Notes under the pieces: model-generated | Told to the model about the DNA's origin: nothing | The model's database searches: none | The model's input: only the letters and a program-made list of their open reading frames with translations | Shown here: positions 49,283-57,891 of the stretch, piece by piece | Layout: every line of letters begins with the position of its first letter | Numbering within the stretch: position 1 is the first letter of the stretch | Made by a program: the position numbers and the translations under genes | DNA from: a virus | Taxonomy: Duplodnaviria; Caudoviricetes | Direction: 5' to 3' (one strand) | DNA length: 58,346 nt | IMG/VR virus record: IMGVR_UViG_3300025769_000128 | Coordinates: 1-58,346 of that record

Positions 49283-49608
49283 TACTTGCTTCTATTATGC
49301 TTACAAATAGCTGGCTTACCTTTCATTGGCAAACTAGCAGCAACTTTTTTTGTAACCTCAGGATTTGCTTTCATTAGTTTCTCAAGACCAGTTTGTTTAA
49401 TTCCACTTTTCATAGAAATTTTTTCAGAAAGTTTTTTACCAGCAGCGCTAATGATAGCACTTTTAATTATTGGCATGGCAAGAGCTGCTAATGCTCCAAC
49501 TGCATAAATTCCTGATCTTTTAGACTTCATATGAGCTCCGTGTTTCATTGATGGCTTAGTAGCGCCATACATGTAAGCTCCTTTCATTGATGGTTTATTA
49601 TAAGGCAT
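49282..49608 (-). CDS. Basic hypothetical protein
   Basis: ATG ORF with KPSMK repeats. Confidence 0.65.
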   Translation of the reverse strand: MPYNKPSMKGAYMYGATKPSMKHGAHMKSKRSGIYAVGALAALAMPIIKSAIISAAGKKLSEKISMKSGIKQTGLEKLMKANPEVTKKVAASLPMKGKPAICKHNRSK

Positions 49609-49609
49609 T

Positions 49610-49891
49610 TTATTTTTGTTTTTTAGTTTTACGTTTAGATGAAGCACCACAGGGTTCCCCAGTTTTTACATTTATCCAATTTTCTTTTTCAAACCAATCG
49701 CGTAATGTTGCTCCAGGTTTTCTAGCACCTTTTACAAAACTTTTACTTGATCTTTTATATTTACCGCTTTTAGCGGCAGATTCTTTTGCTCGCACAACTG
49801 CATCGCGCTCAGATTTACTCATGCTTCTTACTTTAGAAGCTGGCAAACAAACTTTTTTTGTTCCTCCTCCCTTGACTTTACTTTTTGCCAT
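49610..49891 (-). CDS. Lys-rich basic protein
   Basis: CLP..K, LRDWF.KENWINVKTG.PCG. Confidence 0.7.
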   Translation of the reverse strand: MAKSKVKGGGTKKVCLPASKVRSMSKSERDAVVRAKESAAKSGKYKRSSKSFVKGARKPGATLRDWFEKENWINVKTGEPCGASSKRKTKKQK

Positions 49892-50045
49892 TATTCTTTT
49901 TCTTACCCATTTTACCCGGGCCACCAGCTCTAGTACAACGAACGCCCCAACCAGAAGCATATGCGCTAGGCCATACATCAAATTTTTTCTTAGCTGCTGC
50001 TTTACACGCTGAAGATATTTTAGTTCGTTTAATCTTTTCAGCCAT
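49878..50045 (-). CDS. Small basic protein
   Basis: AC....K.KFDVWPSAYASG..VRC. Confidence 0.7.
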   Translation of the reverse strand: MAEKIKRTKISSACKAAAKKKFDVWPSAYASGWGVRCTRAGGPGKMGKKKNNGKK

Positions 50046-50202
50046 TTTTGTATTTTTTAGGAAAAAGCATATTAAGAGCTTCTTGTCTTCCTTCACATCC
50101 ACATGGAACATTCAACCCATTTGATACGCGATCAACAATACTCTTAATACCAGTTTTTTCAGTAAATCTAGCTATATCATCACCCAATCCTCTTGACTTC
50201 AT
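50038..50202 (-). CDS. Small protein (54 aa)
   Basis: Hand translation MKSRGLGDDIARFTEKTGIK...PCGCEGRQEALN. Confidence 0.65.
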   Translation of the reverse strand: MKSRGLGDDIARFTEKTGIKSIVDRVSNGLNVPCGCEGRQEALNMLFPKKYKNG

Positions 50203-50396
50203 TAGTTAAGGCTTTTTTTGCATTTAGCTTTTGGATCAATTTTTTCTTGCAGTTTTTTAGACAACTCTTTATAATGAAATAGATAAACACTGTCTTTTGT
50301 GTGAGACTTACCAGTCATTATTTTACCATCAGCATCTTTATGCACTTTACCGCAAAATAACTTACCTTCTTTTGTGTAATGTGGTTTACCTTTCAT
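50202..50396 (-). CDS. Small basic His-rich protein
   Basis: HY.K.G, HK, MTGKSHT.DS..LFH. Confidence 0.7.
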   Translation of the reverse strand: MKGKPHYTKEGKLFCGKVHKDADGKIMTGKSHTKDSVYLFHYKELSKKLQEKIDPKAKCKKSLN

Positions 50397-50692
50397 TAGT
50401 ATTTTCCTCTAACACCAGACGGTGATGATTTAGTAGATCCGCCTTTACCAGCCCATAGTTTCTTACATGCCCAATATCTAGCGGTTAATTTATCTTTAGC
50501 CGTACTGCACTTATGTCTAGCTTTAAAACTCTTTCTTGCGGCAGCACTATAATTATGGCCATAACCAGATGCACCAAAATGAATTAGCTTTTCCTTGCCA
50601 CCTTGGCAAGCTTTTACCATCATCTTTTTACCAGCCTTGCTAGATTTGCGAGGCTTATTACAAGACATGCTTGATTTATCTACTCTAGCCAT
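50396..50692 (-). CDS. Lys-rich basic protein
   Basis: VKAC..GKEKLIHFG, ARKSFKARHKC, DKLTARYWAC..LW. Confidence 0.75.
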   Translation of the reverse strand: MARVDKSSMSCNKPRKSSKAGKKMMVKACQGGKEKLIHFGASGYGHNYSAAARKSFKARHKCSTAKDKLTARYWACKKLWAGKGGSTKSSPSGVRGKY

Positions 50693-51154
50693 TTAAAAAG
50701 GTTTTATAAACTTCCAGCCTATTCTTATAACAAAGGCTACTATTAATATGATAATCACCCAAATAATTGAGCTTTTAAAGTATCTAATTACTTGATCTAC
50801 AATAGTTTCTTTACGTATTACAATTCTTTCAACAGGGATTTCCACTGTTTGTATAATCGTGTCACTTTTGCATTTTCCTTCAATATACGTAGTATCTCCA
50901 ATCCTAACATATTTGATTTCAAGCTTTCCGTTATTGATATACGTCGTGTCTCCAGGCTTGTCAACAAACTGCGTATCATATCTAACTTCAGGAGTAATAA
51001 TAGAAAACGTGTCATGTAATGTATCTTTTTTTAGTAAATCAGGATATTTCTGAGTTAACCTATATATTTTTTTCTCTGCTCTTTTAAGCTTTTTAGCTTC
51101 AGAACAAGATGTTGTCACGAGTAATACAATAAAGTAAATTAATATTTTCTTCAT
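50693..51154 (-). CDS. Lipoprotein with C-terminal TM helix (unimolecular-spanin-like)
   Basis: Lipobox LLVTTS-C, beta-rich middle, C-terminal IIWVIIILIVAFVI; in the lysis cassette. Confidence 0.6.
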   Translation of the reverse strand: MKKILIYFIVLLVTTSCSEAKKLKRAEKKIYRLTQKYPDLLKKDTLHDTFSIITPEVRYDTQFVDKPGDTTYINNGKLEIKYVRIGDTTYIEGKCKSDTIIQTVEIPVERIVIRKETIVDQVIRYFKSSIIWVIIILIVAFVIRIGWKFIKPF

Positions 51155-51510
51155 GACTCTACGATAATTATAAACAAACCAAACCCAATAAACAAAATAG
51201 ATATAATAATAGCATCAAATACTTTGTTGATTACTTTGTTCTTTTGTTTTTCTTCTTCAACCTGACTTTTATAATTACTCAACAAGATACCATCATTTAG
51301 TACTACAAAGTTTCTTTGTACATATAATGACTCAACAGTATCTACTCTATAAACTAAAGAATCAATCTTTTCATTCTGGCGAAGAAATGTTTTGTTCATC
51401 TCATCGGCTTGCTCTAAAAGCATAATAACAACGGTATCTCCGTTAATTACTGTTTGTTTTGGATATTGGGAGTAACTTAAAGTCGGAACTAATAGTATCA
51501 ACAGGAACAT
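51151..51510 (-). CDS. Exported protein with C-terminal TM anchor
   Basis: MFLLILLVPTLSYS-Q signal; fused to the upstream ORF in the track only because of the duplication frameshift. Confidence 0.6.
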   Translation of the reverse strand: MFLLILLVPTLSYSQYPKQTVINGDTVVIMLLEQADEMNKTFLRQNEKIDSLVYRVDTVESLYVQRNFVVLNDGILLSNYKSQVEEEKQKNKVINKVFDAIIISILFIGFGLFIIIVES

Positions 51511-51867
51511 AAACCTCGATAATTTTTTCTGCGACTTCAAGATCATGTTTGACCACCTCGAGTTCCTGCTTAGTTTCTTCCAACCGCGCTTCAAGCTCTT
51601 CATTTTTTTCTTCCATTTTAGTATAGCTTCTTCCAACCGCGCTTCAAGCTCTTCATTTTTTTCTTCCATTTTAGTATAGCTTTCGCTAACGTTTTCTACT
51701 AAATGCGCACTGTCTACGTAACTAATAAAATCAATCATATAATCCATACTATCAATCTCCACCGCGTCTATCTCTATTGTTTCAGCATGAATATCTCTAC
51801 CTTCAACAACGCAACTATTTGGTATAGAGCATAATATAGCTCCGATTATAATTTCAGCGGATTTCAT
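51443..51867 (-). CDS. Coiled-coil envelope protein interrupted by a 53-bp duplication
   Basis: Removing one unit gives ...EARLEETKQELEVVKHDL...KTNSN stop at 51443. Confidence 0.55.
51575..51680. repeat. 53-bp perfect tandem duplication, frame-breaking
   Basis: Units start at 51575 and 51628. Confidence 0.9.
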
Positions 51868-52130
51868 ATATCTTCAATTTTATTGAGCGTAGTCAATATT
51901 TTTAGCTTAGTAGTTGCCACTGCTAAAGCTGAATCTGCTCTATTAATTTTATAATTTAATTTTTCTACTTTACCTTCAAGTATGATGGTCTTGTCGTAGC
52001 AAGTTTCTATTTGCCCTTGATAATTCATTTTATTATCAACATACAAATAACCAATAGCTGAAAGTGTGATAAAGAGTAAAGCCTTTACTGGATCTTTTTT
52101 AAACTCTTTATAGTTGACTGGTAGTTTCAT
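51864..52130 (-). CDS. Single-TM coiled-coil protein (lysis accessory)
   Basis: ALLFITLSAIGYLYV then heptads; follows the endolysin. Confidence 0.6.
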   Translation of the reverse strand: MKLPVNYKEFKKDPVKALLFITLSAIGYLYVDNKMNYQGQIETCYDKTIILEGKVEKLNYKINRADSALAVATTKLKILTTLNKIEDI

Positions 52131-52600
52131 GACTTAGTCCAAAGTTCATAATAAGTTTTACGAGCTGAATTACGCTTTGCACGGAGTATTTGTCCACGCT
52201 GTGGACCGTTAGCTTTATAACTTACATGAACCCAATCTGGTTTTTCATCATCACCAAATTCCCATATTAACTGATCAAATGGAAGATTATCTTTAATATA
52301 TTCAAATACATCAGTATTACTTGGACCAGGGTGACCATCCATATCAATGTCAATAGCTTCGCCTTTACTATGCTGAGAAGTTGTACTTCCGCCAATAGCT
52401 TTATTCAATGCGTCGCTACGATAACCAGATGAAATAAAAATAGCTTTACTAAAGTGCTCCCTGATAGGTTGAAAAATATTCTCTGCTAATTGCTTTGCAG
52501 CTTCAAGATGATCTCCATCTGGTGTATTATCTATGCCTCTGCGTTTAGCTGTTTGCGATCTTGTGAATTCTGCTAGCGATAAATTCTTTGATAATTTCAT
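52127..52600 (-). CDS. Endolysin, peptidase M15 family
   Basis: ISSGYRS..LN.AIGGS..SQH..GEA.D, DQLIWEF, WVHVS. Confidence 0.9.
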   Translation of the reverse strand: MKLSKNLSLAEFTRSQTAKRRGIDNTPDGDHLEAAKQLAENIFQPIREHFSKAIFISSGYRSDALNKAIGGSTTSQHSKGEAIDIDMDGHPGPSNTDVFEYIKDNLPFDQLIWEFGDDEKPDWVHVSYKANGPQRGQILRAKRNSARKTYYELWTKS

Positions 52601-52842
52601 TCTTCTTCTTCTTCTTTGTTATACTTACCAAAAATCTTACCTGCCTCTGCAATACCAAAAGCACCAAGGGTTATGTATACAAAAGAATTGAATATAATAT
52701 CATTAATAACCAATGGTTGTCCCCACAGACCTGTTAGAATATCTGTGATTGCAAACAAAGTCATCATTGCAAAAGACAAAAAGCCAACGATATTTTTTTC
52801 GTTGTACTTATTTCTGTTTTCAAATATTTTCCAAAAACTCAT
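52597..52842 (-). CDS. Putative holin (2 TM)
   Basis: Two hydrophobic helices and charged tail, directly upstream of the endolysin. Confidence 0.65.
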   Translation of the reverse strand: MSFWKIFENRNKYNEKNIVGFLSFAMMTLFAITDILTGLWGQPLVINDIIFNSFVYITLGAFGIAEAGKIFGKYNKEEEEE

Positions 52843-52843
52843 A

Positions 52844-53062
52844 TCACATATTATTTGAGCCTTTAGCCTTTTCAGTAATAGGCCCAGCTTCATATGGATA
52901 CTCGTTTTTAGCCAACAATTGGATACCATCTTTTCCAGATGATCTACCAGGTCCGATAGGCATGCGTTGAAGATCTACTGGTCCTTCCCAAATTGTTTCT
53001 TGCCCAGATTGAGGAGCATATCTTCTCTCAGCTGGCGCTTTGTATTCATTAGTCTTTTTCAT
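52844..53062 (-). CDS. Hypothetical protein (72 aa)
   Basis: ORF in operon. Confidence 0.7.
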   Translation of the reverse strand: MKKTNEYKAPAERRYAPQSGQETIWEGPVDLQRMPIGPGRSSGKDGIQLLAKNEYPYEAGPITEKAKGSNNM

Positions 53063-53064
53063 GA

Positions 53065-53841
53065 TTATTGATTTCTGTGTTTTTTGCTACCAAACATTTT
53101 AAAAGCAGCATTAGTTAGCATATCATTATTTCTACCTGAAACATTGTAAATATCATTTGGATCTGGCTGCATACCTATTTGATCCTGCATACCCATTTGA
53201 TCTTGTGGTTGAACCGCTTGTTGTATCTGTTGAAGATCTGTTGCATTTGACATTTGGTAAAGTTTACTACGCATCATTGCTCTATTGTAACCATCAGATA
53301 CTTGATTAAAAGCACTCAAATCAATTGATGATTCATCAATTTCTGGTATATTAGGTAGAAAATCGCCTGAATTAATTGACGATTTGTCATTTTCTGGTAT
53401 ATTAGAAGGACGAGCTATTTCGTCTTTTGGTAGCGTATAATCTTGCTTTTGTAACTCGACTCCAGTGTCAACAATCTTGTTCAATGGTTTTCCTTTCTCT
53501 GCTTTTTTCTCTGTTATATATTTTGTAACGGCCTGTTTCATTGAGTTACTGTCTTCAAGTCTTTTTTTCAATCCAGAAAAAGGACCTGTTTCACTGAGGT
53601 TTTGTCCTTTGCCAAAATAATCTTTAAATGTATATGGTCTATCAACGCTTGGTACTCCTGATGTTTTTTGATCTTCAGACTCATTTGCACCTTTATATAG
53701 ATTTCTTGTTCCTTCATTTCCTGAATCCACTGGATATTGACCCGCGGCTGACTTACCAATAAATCGATTATCTCCATAAGCACCTGTGTCTTTCAATGGA
53801 GACTTTCCATACATTTTTAGTGGATGATTACCTTTTTTCAT
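53065..53841 (-). CDS. Low-complexity hypothetical protein (258 aa)
   Basis: Long ORF with SPLK-type motifs and imperfect internal repeats. Confidence 0.7.
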   Translation of the reverse strand: MKKGNHPLKMYGKSPLKDTGAYGDNRFIGKSAAGQYPVDSGNEGTRNLYKGANESEDQKTSGVPSVDRPYTFKDYFGKGQNLSETGPFSGLKKRLEDSNSMKQAVTKYITEKKAEKGKPLNKIVDTGVELQKQDYTLPKDEIARPSNIPENDKSSINSGDFLPNIPEIDESSIDLSAFNQVSDGYNRAMMRSKLYQMSNATDLQQIQQAVQPQDQMGMQDQIGMQPDPNDIYNVSGRNNDMLTNAAFKMFGSKKHRNQ

Positions 53842-54274
53842 AATTGTTCATGTTTTTAATTGATACGCGTAATACCTTATCCATGTATGTTTCTCCGCGC
53901 ATTATTGAGTTACTTCTTTCGTTTTCCGGTATATCCTCTTGACCAAGCATGATACGATATATCCTATTTATTAGTTGTTTACCTTTAAATGATATTTGAT
54001 ATAAATGATGCTTTTGAGTTGTATAATTTCTCTCTCTCCATACAACAATCCAACCTTCTTTCAATAATCTATTCCAACGTCGGTTGTCCCAGCTATAAGA
54101 AAAACTACCTTCTTTAAAGTCTTGCTTAGAGAAATAAGAAAGGCAGTCTAGGTATATTATTAACTCTAGATCTGCCTCCCGTAAATCGTTATTTCTGCAA
54201 GCCCATTTTCTAATTATTCTATAGTACTTTAGGACGTTTAATTCCCTAAAGTGCTTAGGCTCTACATGTCTCAT
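53828..54274 (-). CDS. Putative winged-helix DNA-binding protein
   Basis: L..ADLELIIYL, RLLKEGWI, Y.IS.KGK.LI (MarR-like pattern). Confidence 0.55.
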   Translation of the reverse strand: MRHVEPKHFRELNVLKYYRIIRKWACRNNDLREADLELIIYLDCLSYFSKQDFKEGSFSYSWDNRRWNRLLKEGWIVVWRERNYTTQKHHLYQISFKGKQLINRIYRIMLGQEDIPENERSNSIMRGETYMDKVLRVSIKNMNNYEKR

Positions 54275-54531
54275 AATACAACTACAATATCAAACTCTTT
54301 TATGATTTTATAAATTGTACCATCGATTTCAAGATCAAAGCCTGCGTGTCTGTCATAATATATTCTCTCTCCAGAGCCTACACCATTAACATCATCACCA
54401 ACTTCAACCACGGTAGCTTCTCTATATCTTATATCTTCTCGATGTTTTTTACCAAGTTCAAAACCACTTTTGGTCTTTACATGACCCTCTTTTGTAGGAT
54501 CAATGATTACATACTTACCTATCACCCTCAT
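54271..54531 (-). CDS. groES: Co-chaperonin GroES
   Basis: KTKSG, ATVVEVGD.V, G.RIYY...AG, IIKE.DIVVVL. Confidence 0.85.
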   Translation of the reverse strand: MRVIGKYVIIDPTKEGHVKTKSGFELGKKHREDIRYREATVVEVGDDVNGVGSGERIYYDRHAGFDLEIDGTIYKIIKEFDIVVVL

Positions 54532-56062
54532 CGATCCTTAGATTATTAATTACACAATTTGTTGATAATATAGTTGTTGATACAGAAACTGCGTTCTTTA
54601 ATGCACTTTTTGTAACAAGCAACGGATCGATAATACCAGCCTTGATCATGTTAACATTATTGCCAGTCTTTACATCTAGACCATAACCAGCGCGGGCATC
54701 CATTTGTTCTGTAGTAAAATCAGCGTTATCAAGAATAACTTGCCAAGGCTTTTGTATTGCCTTAAGCAATATTTCTTCTCCCTCGTTTGCTGGCTTAATA
54801 CGGTATGCTGCATTAAGCAATGCAATACCACCACCTGGAACAACGCCTTCTTTTATTGCCGCCCTAGTAGCGTGAATCGCATCTTCTACTCTATCAATCT
54901 TTTCTTTTAGTTCAACCTCTGAATTAGCACCAACTCTTACAACTCCAACTTTACAAGATAAAAACCCAAGTCTTCTTTCTTGAGATAGCTTTTTGGCTTG
55001 GTTAGTCTCTTCTTTTAGCTGTGATTTAACTGAATCAATAGCTGCTTGAAGCTCTTCAGATACTTCATTTATTTCGATAATAGTCTCATGAAGATCAGTA
55101 GTTGATCTCAAACAAGTACCAAGGTGTTCAGGCTGAATCATGTCAATATCATCACCGAGATCTTCACTAATAACTTTAGCACCAGTAATAAGTGCTAAAT
55201 CATGAAGCTTTTGTTTTCTATTAAAACCAAAGTCAGGTGAATCGATTACATTGACCTTAATATTACCCTTGAGCTTATTCATCGCTAACGCGCCTGCAAC
55301 TTGTTGTTCTGTTTCCGCAACGATTAGTAGCTCCTTTTTATTTCTTATAACAAACTCTAATACAGATTCAATTTCTCTTATATTAGATATTTTGTTTTCA
55401 CAAATAAGAACAACTGGGTTATTTAAAACACATTTATTCTTATCCTCGTTTGTGGCAAAATGAAGATTAGTCAAACCTTTATCAAATGAAGCGCCACTAA
55501 TAATCTTGTGGTATGTTGTTTCATCATTTGATTGCTCCATTGTTACCACACCATTCTCGCCAACCCGCTCAAACGCCGATGATATAATCTCACCCAGCTC
55601 TGGGTCATTATTGGCTGATATTGTGGCAACATGCCTCAACATGCCGCCATTCACTGGTTTGGCGATTTTCTCTAGGTACTTAACAACCTTATCAGTTGCG
55701 GTTTTAATACCATATTTAACATCCTTAACATTGTGCTCATACGCCTCAGTAAGTATCGCGTGAGCCAACACGGTTGCGGTTGTTGTTCCGTCACCAGCCT
55801 CATCTACTGTTTTACGCGCAGCATCTTTTAACAAAGTAGCCCCCATGTTTTCTACTGGATCTCGTAGTATAATCGAGTTAGCTACCGATACTCCGTCTTT
55901 AGTGATTATTGGCTTACCAGCATCGTCTTCTAAAATAACAGATTTACCTGATGCTCCTAGTGTAGAACTAACAGCCTTATATAGCTTATCTACACCAGAG
56001 TAAATCATTTGTCTTGCCTCCAAACCAAAGTTTAGATGCTTAACAATATTCGTCTCTTTCAT
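54515..56062 (-). CDS. groEL: Chaperonin GroEL
   Basis: ITKDGVSVA, AGDGTTTATVLA, ATISANND, RVEDA..ATRAA..EGVVPGGG, GIIDP. Confidence 0.97.
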   Translation of the reverse strand: MKETNIVKHLNFGLEARQMIYSGVDKLYKAVSSTLGASGKSVILEDDAGKPIITKDGVSVANSIILRDPVENMGATLLKDAARKTVDEAGDGTTTATVLAHAILTEAYEHNVKDVKYGIKTATDKVVKYLEKIAKPVNGGMLRHVATISANNDPELGEIISSAFERVGENGVVTMEQSNDETTYHKIISGASFDKGLTNLHFATNEDKNKCVLNNPVVLICENKISNIREIESVLEFVIRNKKELLIVAETEQQVAGALAMNKLKGNIKVNVIDSPDFGFNRKQKLHDLALITGAKVISEDLGDDIDMIQPEHLGTCLRSTTDLHETIIEINEVSEELQAAIDSVKSQLKEETNQAKKLSQERRLGFLSCKVGVVRVGANSEVELKEKIDRVEDAIHATRAAIKEGVVPGGGIALLNAAYRIKPANEGEEILLKAIQKPWQVILDNADFTTEQMDARAGYGLDVKTGNNVNMIKAGIIDPLLVTKSALKNAVSVSTTILSTNCVINNLRIDEGDR

Positions 56063-56106
56063 TTAATTAAATTTAATTCAGCGTGTCTTGATCTCTAAAT
56101 ATTAAC

Positions 56107-56142
56107 AAATGAAAGCCGAAGCCTAATATAAAGGCTCCGACT
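56107..56142 (-). terminator. Hairpin upstream of groEL (terminator or attenuator)
   Basis: Stem AGTCGGAGCCT/AGGCTTCGGCT followed by TTCATTT. Confidence 0.55.
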
Positions 56143-56173
56143 CCCAATGCTATTATAGTAATTGTTTCTAACA

Positions 56174-56485
56174 TTAATCGAAGGTCTTAACCACTTTTGG
56201 TCCTTTAGCGAACTCAAGTTTTTTCTCATAATGCTCGATGCTACCATCAATGGCAGCTTCAGCGCCCTCTAGCGTCTCACGACGTGTGATAGGTTTCCAT
56301 TCATCGACTGGACCATAGCGCTCATCAGCGTTTTGAAACTCTGTCTGGAAGTAACCATTTGCGAGTTGAACAATACGCCAATTCTTTTTTTCTGTTAATC
56401 TCTCCCACAATTCAATGGTATGGGTTTCTACTTTATCCTGATTTGTTTCATTAGACCAGGATCTTGTCCAATAATAAGTTGTCAT
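56174..56485 (-). CDS. Hypothetical protein (103 aa)
   Basis: ATG at 56485; KKNWRIVQL.NG.FQTE, TRRET.EGAEAAID. Confidence 0.75.
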   Translation of the reverse strand: MTTYYWTRSWSNETNQDKVETHTIELWERLTEKKNWRIVQLANGYFQTEFQNADERYGPVDEWKPITRRETLEGAEAAIDGSIEHYEKKLEFAKGPKVVKTFD

Positions 56486-56528
56486 AATAATTGGTTTTAA
56501 GGTTTCGATGCTGGGTTTTTTATAATGG

Positions 56529-56536
56529 CAAAGATA
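56529..56536 (-). promoter_or_regulatory. Bacteroidota-type -7 box (TATCTTTG) ahead of the groEL operon
   Basis: TAnnTTTG consensus in intergenic DNA; -33 element imperfect. Confidence 0.45.
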
Positions 56537-56544
56537 ATGCATCG

Positions 56545-56918
56545 TTACTTATCTTCACCACGGCTTTTAACTCTATTTTTTGCGGTTAGCAATATTCTTT
56601 CTTCGAGACGCGCGACATTAGCTTTCGTGTCTGCGTTCTCTATTAATAATCTTTCTATTCTTTCACGAAGTTCGTTTACCTGATCCTCTAGCTCTTTAAT
56701 CCGTTGTCTATTATCTTCCCGTATTTCAGATTTAATTTGAGTAGAGTTATCTTTACCTGATCCTCTAGCTCTTTAATCCGTTGTCTATTATCTTCCCGTA
56801 TTTCAGATTTAATTTGAGTAGAGTTATCTATTTTCTTTTTCCAGATGTTCCAACCTTCTTTAAGACCTAACGCACCAACTAAACCAACTACCAAAGAAAT
56901 GATAGTTTCAGTTTCCAT
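56545..56918 (-). CDS. TM plus coiled-coil protein interrupted by a 77-bp duplication
   Basis: Removing one unit gives ...KELEDQVNELRERIERLLIENADTKANVARLEERILL...GEDK stop. Confidence 0.65.
56675..56828. repeat. 77-bp perfect tandem duplication, frame-breaking
   Basis: Units start at 56675 and 56752. Confidence 0.92.
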
Positions 56919-56958
56919 TGTTTTGTTTTTATAATATATTACACGCTAATGCGTATAC

Positions 56959-57090
56959 TTATCTACCTTGGCCCCTATATTTCTTATTATAGTTTTTAGA
57001 AGTCTTTATTTTGCTTGACTTTTTCTTACAGTGTACACCAGGTCTTTTTGACCTTGTTTTGCGTGTAAATGTACTAATGTTTTTTGCCAT
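56959..57090 (-). CDS. Small very basic protein (43 aa)
   Basis: Hand translation MAKNISTFTRKTRSKRPGVHCKKKSSKIKTSKNYNKKYRGQGR. Confidence 0.7.
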   Translation of the reverse strand: MAKNISTFTRKTRSKRPGVHCKKKSSKIKTSKNYNKKYRGQGR

Positions 57091-57091
57091 T

Positions 57092-57890
57092 TTAAATATT
57101 CCTTGATAATGCAGTTGAGTAGCGCACAATAGCGTCATCTAAATCTGCTACTTTTGTAGAATTTAATCCTTCCTTTAATACGCACCCAAATCTATATTCA
57201 AAATCTGAAGCGTTTGCTACCGCTGGAGTTGCACTACTTTGAATATTTTGTGCGCCAATGAAAATATTATACGTATATGGAGCACCACTATCTTCAGCGT
57301 TAAGAGTACCAAGGGATGAACCATTTAAATAGTTAGCCTTACCTCCGTTTATAACTCTATCTGCTGTAGCAACAAATCTACCATTATACGTTCCACTTGT
57401 AGTAGTTGTCAATCTATTACCACCACCAGCAGCGTGAATATCTTGATTCAAATTACCGTTAATTAACATCATTTGGGTTCTTTCCCCTGATGATGTTCCA
57501 TATCGACCAGCTAACAAACCAACAGAGGTTGCATCTCCATTAGCTATTTGAACACATAATGTTATATCATAGCTATTTGCAAGTGTTAATGAAGAAGGAG
57601 TTAAATTGGTATCACCATATTGCGTGCTACCATCAAAGGTAACCCCTGTTGACGCGTGTGTTGGTGAATTAATCCAAGTGTGGTTGAATGATGTTGTATC
57701 TCTAAGGTTGTAAGCAGCGGCGGCCAATGATGTCGGTGATACATCCGACACCGCCTTTTAAATCTAATACAAGCTGATTCACAGCATTTTTTTCCGTTGT
57801 ATTAGTTATACCAGCGGCTGTGAAATAAGCTAACGCATCTGGATCAAATCCAGAAGCTGGGGTTAAAAATCCTGTTAGTGCAAAAAACAT
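57092..57890 (-). pseudogene. Paralogue of the fibre lectin-like domain, broken near 57745
   Basis: Both ORF pieces align with domain 1 of 47072-48664; roughly 15-20 codons missing, with a frameshift. Confidence 0.7.
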
Positions 57891-57891
57891 A

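Noticed and set aside
51151-51867. 238-aa ORF as a single gene
   Set aside because: It is a fusion of two genes caused by the 53-bp duplication frameshift
53110-53410. Imperfect repeats NIPENDKSSI/NIPEIDESSI and QDQMGM/QDQIGM
   Set aside because: Diverged low-complexity protein repeats, not part of the perfect-duplication set
15870-55763. Many antisense or nested ORFs in the track (e.g. 15870-16361, 19515-19997, 24141-24518, 49587-50012)
   Set aside because: They overlap well-supported genes on the other strand or frame and have shadow-ORF composition
47072-57890. Diversity-generating retroelement (paired fibre-domain copies as TR/VR)
   Set aside because: No reverse transcriptase in the window, and differences are largely synonymous rather than adenine-specific
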